Source: a virus (Duplodnaviria; Caudoviricetes). From it: 36,504 nucleotides of DNA. The stretch is taken from the IMG/VR virus record IMGVR_UViG_3300048848_000229, positions 1 to 36,504 of that record. One strand, written 5' to 3'. The notes under the pieces were generated by a model that was not told the origin of the DNA, made no database searches, and was given only the letters and a program-made list of their open reading frames with translations. A program made the translations under genes and the position numbers. How positions within the stretch are numbered: the first letter of the stretch is position 1; every line of letters starts with the position of its first letter. Positions 35,115 through 36,504 of the stretch are shown one piece after another.

Positions 35115-35424
35115 GGCGATCGCTTTCGGAACGCTGGTGCTCGGCATTGTTGCCATGCTCAAGGGAAGCGCTTCGGGGGTCGCCGCGAAAGAGAAGTCAG
35201 TCCGCGACGCTCCTATGGTCAACATCGCGACCGGCATCGTCGAGGCCAACCAGTTCAGCGACTACATCAAGGTCCAGGATAAACTGGCGATCGCCATCGA
35301 CAAGCACGCCGATGCAATCAATCGGTCGCACGAGGTCAAGCATACGAACAGGCTTGAGGAACTCGCAGAGAAGATTGACGAAGCATTGGACGCCCGGCGG
35401 GAAAACCCGCATCGGCGCAAATGA
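35092..35424 (+). CDS. Single-TM + coiled-coil protein
   Basis: N-terminal TM (AIAFGTLVLGIVAML) and a charged helical tail. Confidence 0.55.
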   Translation: MFGITTPEAIAFGTLVLGIVAMLKGSASGVAAKEKSVRDAPMVNIATGIVEANQFSDYIKVQDKLAIAIDKHADAINRSHEVKHTNRLEELAEKIDEALDARRENPHRRK

Positions 35425-35427
35425 ATA

Positions 35428-35460
35428 GCCCGGCGCGGGAGGATTAATTTCGCGCCGGGC
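35428..35460. other. GC-rich hairpin
   Basis: GCCCGGCGCG-N13-CGCGCCGGGC with no U-tract on the + strand. Confidence 0.5.
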
Positions 35461-35528
35461 CGGCCAAGGGCGGATGAGGGGATCTGTCCTCGGCGCCGCG
35501 ATCCTGCATCACAACAATAGGAAAATCC

Positions 35529-35918
35529 ATGATCCGCTTCACCGCGGCGTGCACTTTACTGTGCGCGCTATTCGCCATGCCTGCGTCCGCGCAGGACATC
35601 TTTGCCGGCGTTCGCTCGATCGATGTCACCATGACCCGCGTCGAAACCTGCGTCGCCAGCCACTACGGCCTCGGAGACGGCTACCACGGCCGCCGGACAG
35701 CTTCTGGCGAGCGGTTCAACACCCACGCCCTGACGGCTGCCCATCGCACCAGGCGCTTCGGCAGCCGCGTCACGGTCACGAATAGAGCCAACGGCCGCAG
35801 CGTCTCGGTTCGCATCAATGACCGCGGGCCCTTTGTGCGTGGCCGGTGCATCGATCTCAGCCGCGCCGCCGCGCGCGCGATCGGGATGGGCGGTCTGGCG
35901 CGCGTGACTGTGGAATAG
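35529..35918 (+). CDS. rlpA: RlpA-like (DPBB) lytic transglycosylase with signal peptide
   Basis: ASHYG...RTASGERF...[33 protein letters not shown]; signal ending ASA|QD; SD AGGA. Confidence 0.9.
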   Translation: MIRFTAACTLLCALFAMPASAQDIFAGVRSIDVTMTRVETCVASHYGLGDGYHGRRTASGERFNTHALTAAHRTRRFGSRVTVTNRANGRSVSVRINDRGPFVRGRCIDLSRAAARAIGMGGLARVTVE

Positions 35919-36004
35919 CCGGGCCGGTCGGTTGACCGTCGAGGGCGGCTCTCGCAGCCTGCCGCCATGAGATGGAATCGGGCTGGGTCCGACAGTCGCA
36001 TCTG

Positions 36005-36038
36005 AAAGCCGTCCGGTGTCGCGCCCGGGCGGCTTTTT
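36005..36038 (+). terminator. Intrinsic terminator between convergent genes
   Basis: AAAGCCGTCCGG-N8-CCGGGCGGCTTTTT. Confidence 0.75.
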
Positions 36039-36042
36039 GCGT

Positions 36043-36354
36043 TCACGGGGCGCTGTACCGAAACCGGTGCCAGTCCCGATATTCCTCGAACTGCGCCTCG
36101 GTGCATTCTGGCAGGTATTCTGCCCAGGCTTTGGCCCATGCTTCACGGGCCTGATCGAAGCTGTCGGCGGTCCCGGTAATATTGTCCCGCGGGTGCCGGC
36201 CAGGGTGGAAGCCTACTGACCAGCGCCAGATCACCTGCGCCGTGCCCTGGTGGCGCATGATCCGGCCGACGCCTATGTCGCCGTAAAAGATCGACCAGTC
36301 TTCGGACGCGTGCTGATCGTCGGGCCATGTGCGGCGGCGGGTGAGTTCGGGCAT
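36043..36354 (-). CDS. Trp-rich hypothetical protein at the prophage right end
   Basis: VGRI...WRW...GTADSFDQAREAW..AW; convergent on the terminator. Confidence 0.65.
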   Translation of the reverse strand: MPELTRRRTWPDDQHASEDWSIFYGDIGVGRIMRHQGTAQVIWRWSVGFHPGRHPRDNITGTADSFDQAREAWAKAWAEYLPECTEAQFEEYRDWHRFRYSAP

Positions 36355-36504
36355 CCCGCCGTTCTAGCCGATGGCGGGCAGGGCGTCAGCGGCTCTATTC
36401 CATCAGCGTGGAGCCTAGCCGGTCGGCTCGTTTGCCAGGATCACCCGTTCGGGGCCGGCAATATTCACTTCCTCGCACGCGGTTTGCTTGACATCCAGCC
36501 ACCA

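Larger units (their letters stand above)
1..36354. mobile_element. Temperate siphovirus prophage (lambdoid regulation, HK97-type head, non-contractile tail); att sites not seen
   Basis: Complete ordered modules: integrase, cI/cro, replication, terminase, portal/protease/capsid, neck, tail tube, TMP, tail tip, fibres, lysis. Right boundary is uncertain. Confidence 0.97.

Noticed and set aside
35919-36004. Possible structured ncRNA after rlpA
   Set aside because: Only short GC stems (GGCGGC/GCCGCC), expected by chance at this GC content; no family recognised.
36416-36504. Truncated minus-strand ORF end (WLDVKQTACEEV...) as an SOS-response-associated peptidase
   Set aside because: Too short; the WLD motif and position alone are insufficient.
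1-36504. attL/attR, tRNA, CRISPR array, diversity-generating retroelement, fibre invertase, IS elements
   Set aside because: No terminal direct repeat, cloverleaf, repeat-spacer array, reverse transcriptase, TR/VR pair, serine invertase or transposase seen by eye. att sites probably lie outside the window.

Overview
The window is almost entirely one compact (~36 kb) temperate lambdoid/HK97-type siphovirus prophage. The high GC content and gene families point to an alphaproteobacterial (Rhizobiales-like) host, which is inference. It starts exactly at the stop codon of a tyrosine integrase, and no att sites are visible. Gene order: integrase/excisionase and small early-left genes; cI (XRE + S24) and cro with two matching operator pairs spaced 24 bp apart; early-right genes (Arc-like, HNH nuclease coupled to an MT-A70 m6A methyltransferase, stand-alone TSCPD-like, DUF6378-like, GcrA-like HTH); HTH replication initiator with internal iterons; a NusG/RfaH-like antiterminator followed by a terminator, an ops-like site and a suhB/MmgR-like sRNA motif; HNH-cos-terS-terL; HK97 head genes; neck and tail genes with a G/G-T -1 frameshift; tape measure, tail tip and central fibre; two side fibres; an inverted lower-GC three-gene sugar-modification moron (O-acetyltransferase, TylF-like and CmcI-like methyltransferases); a lysis module; and an exported RlpA-like lytic transglycosylase. 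The most unusual signal is that both side tail fibres begin with Sec-type signal peptides and carry even numbers of cysteines, which suggests periplasmic export and disulfide folding of virion fibres. The lectin-like tip of fibre 2 directly abuts the glycan-modifying moron, a possible receptor-binding/receptor-masking module. All calls come from reading motifs by eye; no searches were run.
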